Shown: in pieces, positions 63,610 to 64,000 of the stretch
Layout of the letters: every line of letters starts with the position of its first letter
Numbering within the stretch: position 1 is the stretch's first letter
NCBI RefSeq assembly: GCF_006345805.1
Contig: NC_042999.1
Coordinates: forward strand, 89,404,001 to 89,468,000
DNA from: Octopus sinensis
Taxonomy: Eukaryota
DNA: 64,000 nucleotides
Direction: 5' to 3'
Notes under the pieces: model-generated
What the model was told of the DNA's origin: nothing
Databases searched by the model: none
The model's input: only the letters and a program-made list of their open reading frames with translations
Made by a program: the position numbers and the translations under genes

Positions 63610-64000
63610 AACACAAAATTATTACAAGTAATTCAAGAACCCCGGTGATAACACAACATTACAGAAATACCTACGCACAATATTTCAGTGGGCTGAAGAA
63701 ACAACATGCAGTTTCAATGGTGAAAAATTTCAAGCACTCAACGATCAGCCTACAGATAGCTTACAGTCGGAATTCACAGGACCAAGGAGTGTTGTAATAC
63801 CAGATTCATGATCGGTGCAGGATCTAGGAATCCATATGAGTAATAATACAGTGTTCCGTGAGCATATTACAGTGTGCAGATTACAGGCTCTTTGGATTAT
63901 GAGATCATTCATAACAAACAAAAGAAACGATGGTTGTCCTATGGAGAACATTCTCCTTAGTTGCCTGGACTATTGCTCCCAATTACAATATCCACACAGC
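63610..64000 (+). pseudogene. CR1-type LINE RT 3' fragment
   Basis: Across frameshifts: IFQWAEETNMQFNGEKFQAL-like, VQDLGIHMS, FREHI, and MVVLW..LSCLDYCSQL. Confidence 0.75.

Noticed and set aside
369-63951. Most ORFs in the supplied track (YIHT, CVCV, YLSI, poly-N/I/G/P, and SINE-derived peptides)
   Set aside because: They are stop-free readings of microsatellites or SINE bodies and show no protein-family signal.

Overview
Eukaryotic, AT-rich, repeat-saturated DNA. It is most likely from an octopus, inferred from three recurring tRNA-derived SINE families resembling the octopus OK/OR types and from very dense (TA)n, (TACA)n, (TAGA)n, (CA)n, (GA)n and (AAT)n tracts. Almost every entry in the ORF track is a microsatellite or SINE artefact. 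The real coding signal is decayed mobile elements: two Naiad-type and one Hydra-type Penelope-like element (PLE), an R4/Dong-type LINE, an RTE LINE, CR1/L2-group LINEs, a possible CRE remnant, mariner/Tc1 and hAT derivatives, and MITE-like elements. The one host-gene candidate is a minus-strand first coding exon at 30532-30410 (Kozak ATG, signal-peptide-like, GT donor) in a repeat-poor island. The most interesting structure is the 3' region of the Naiad PLE at 11085-13350. It holds five iterated CCAAT+CRE modules, a TATA box, a Kozak ATG with a splice donor, and a minimal U3-A8 hammerhead-like core. It abuts an element with 193-bp direct repeats. Also notable are a ~457-bp near-perfect palindrome and several satellites arising from SINE parts. 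All coordinates and alignments were read by eye; element boundaries are approximate and nothing was checked against a database.
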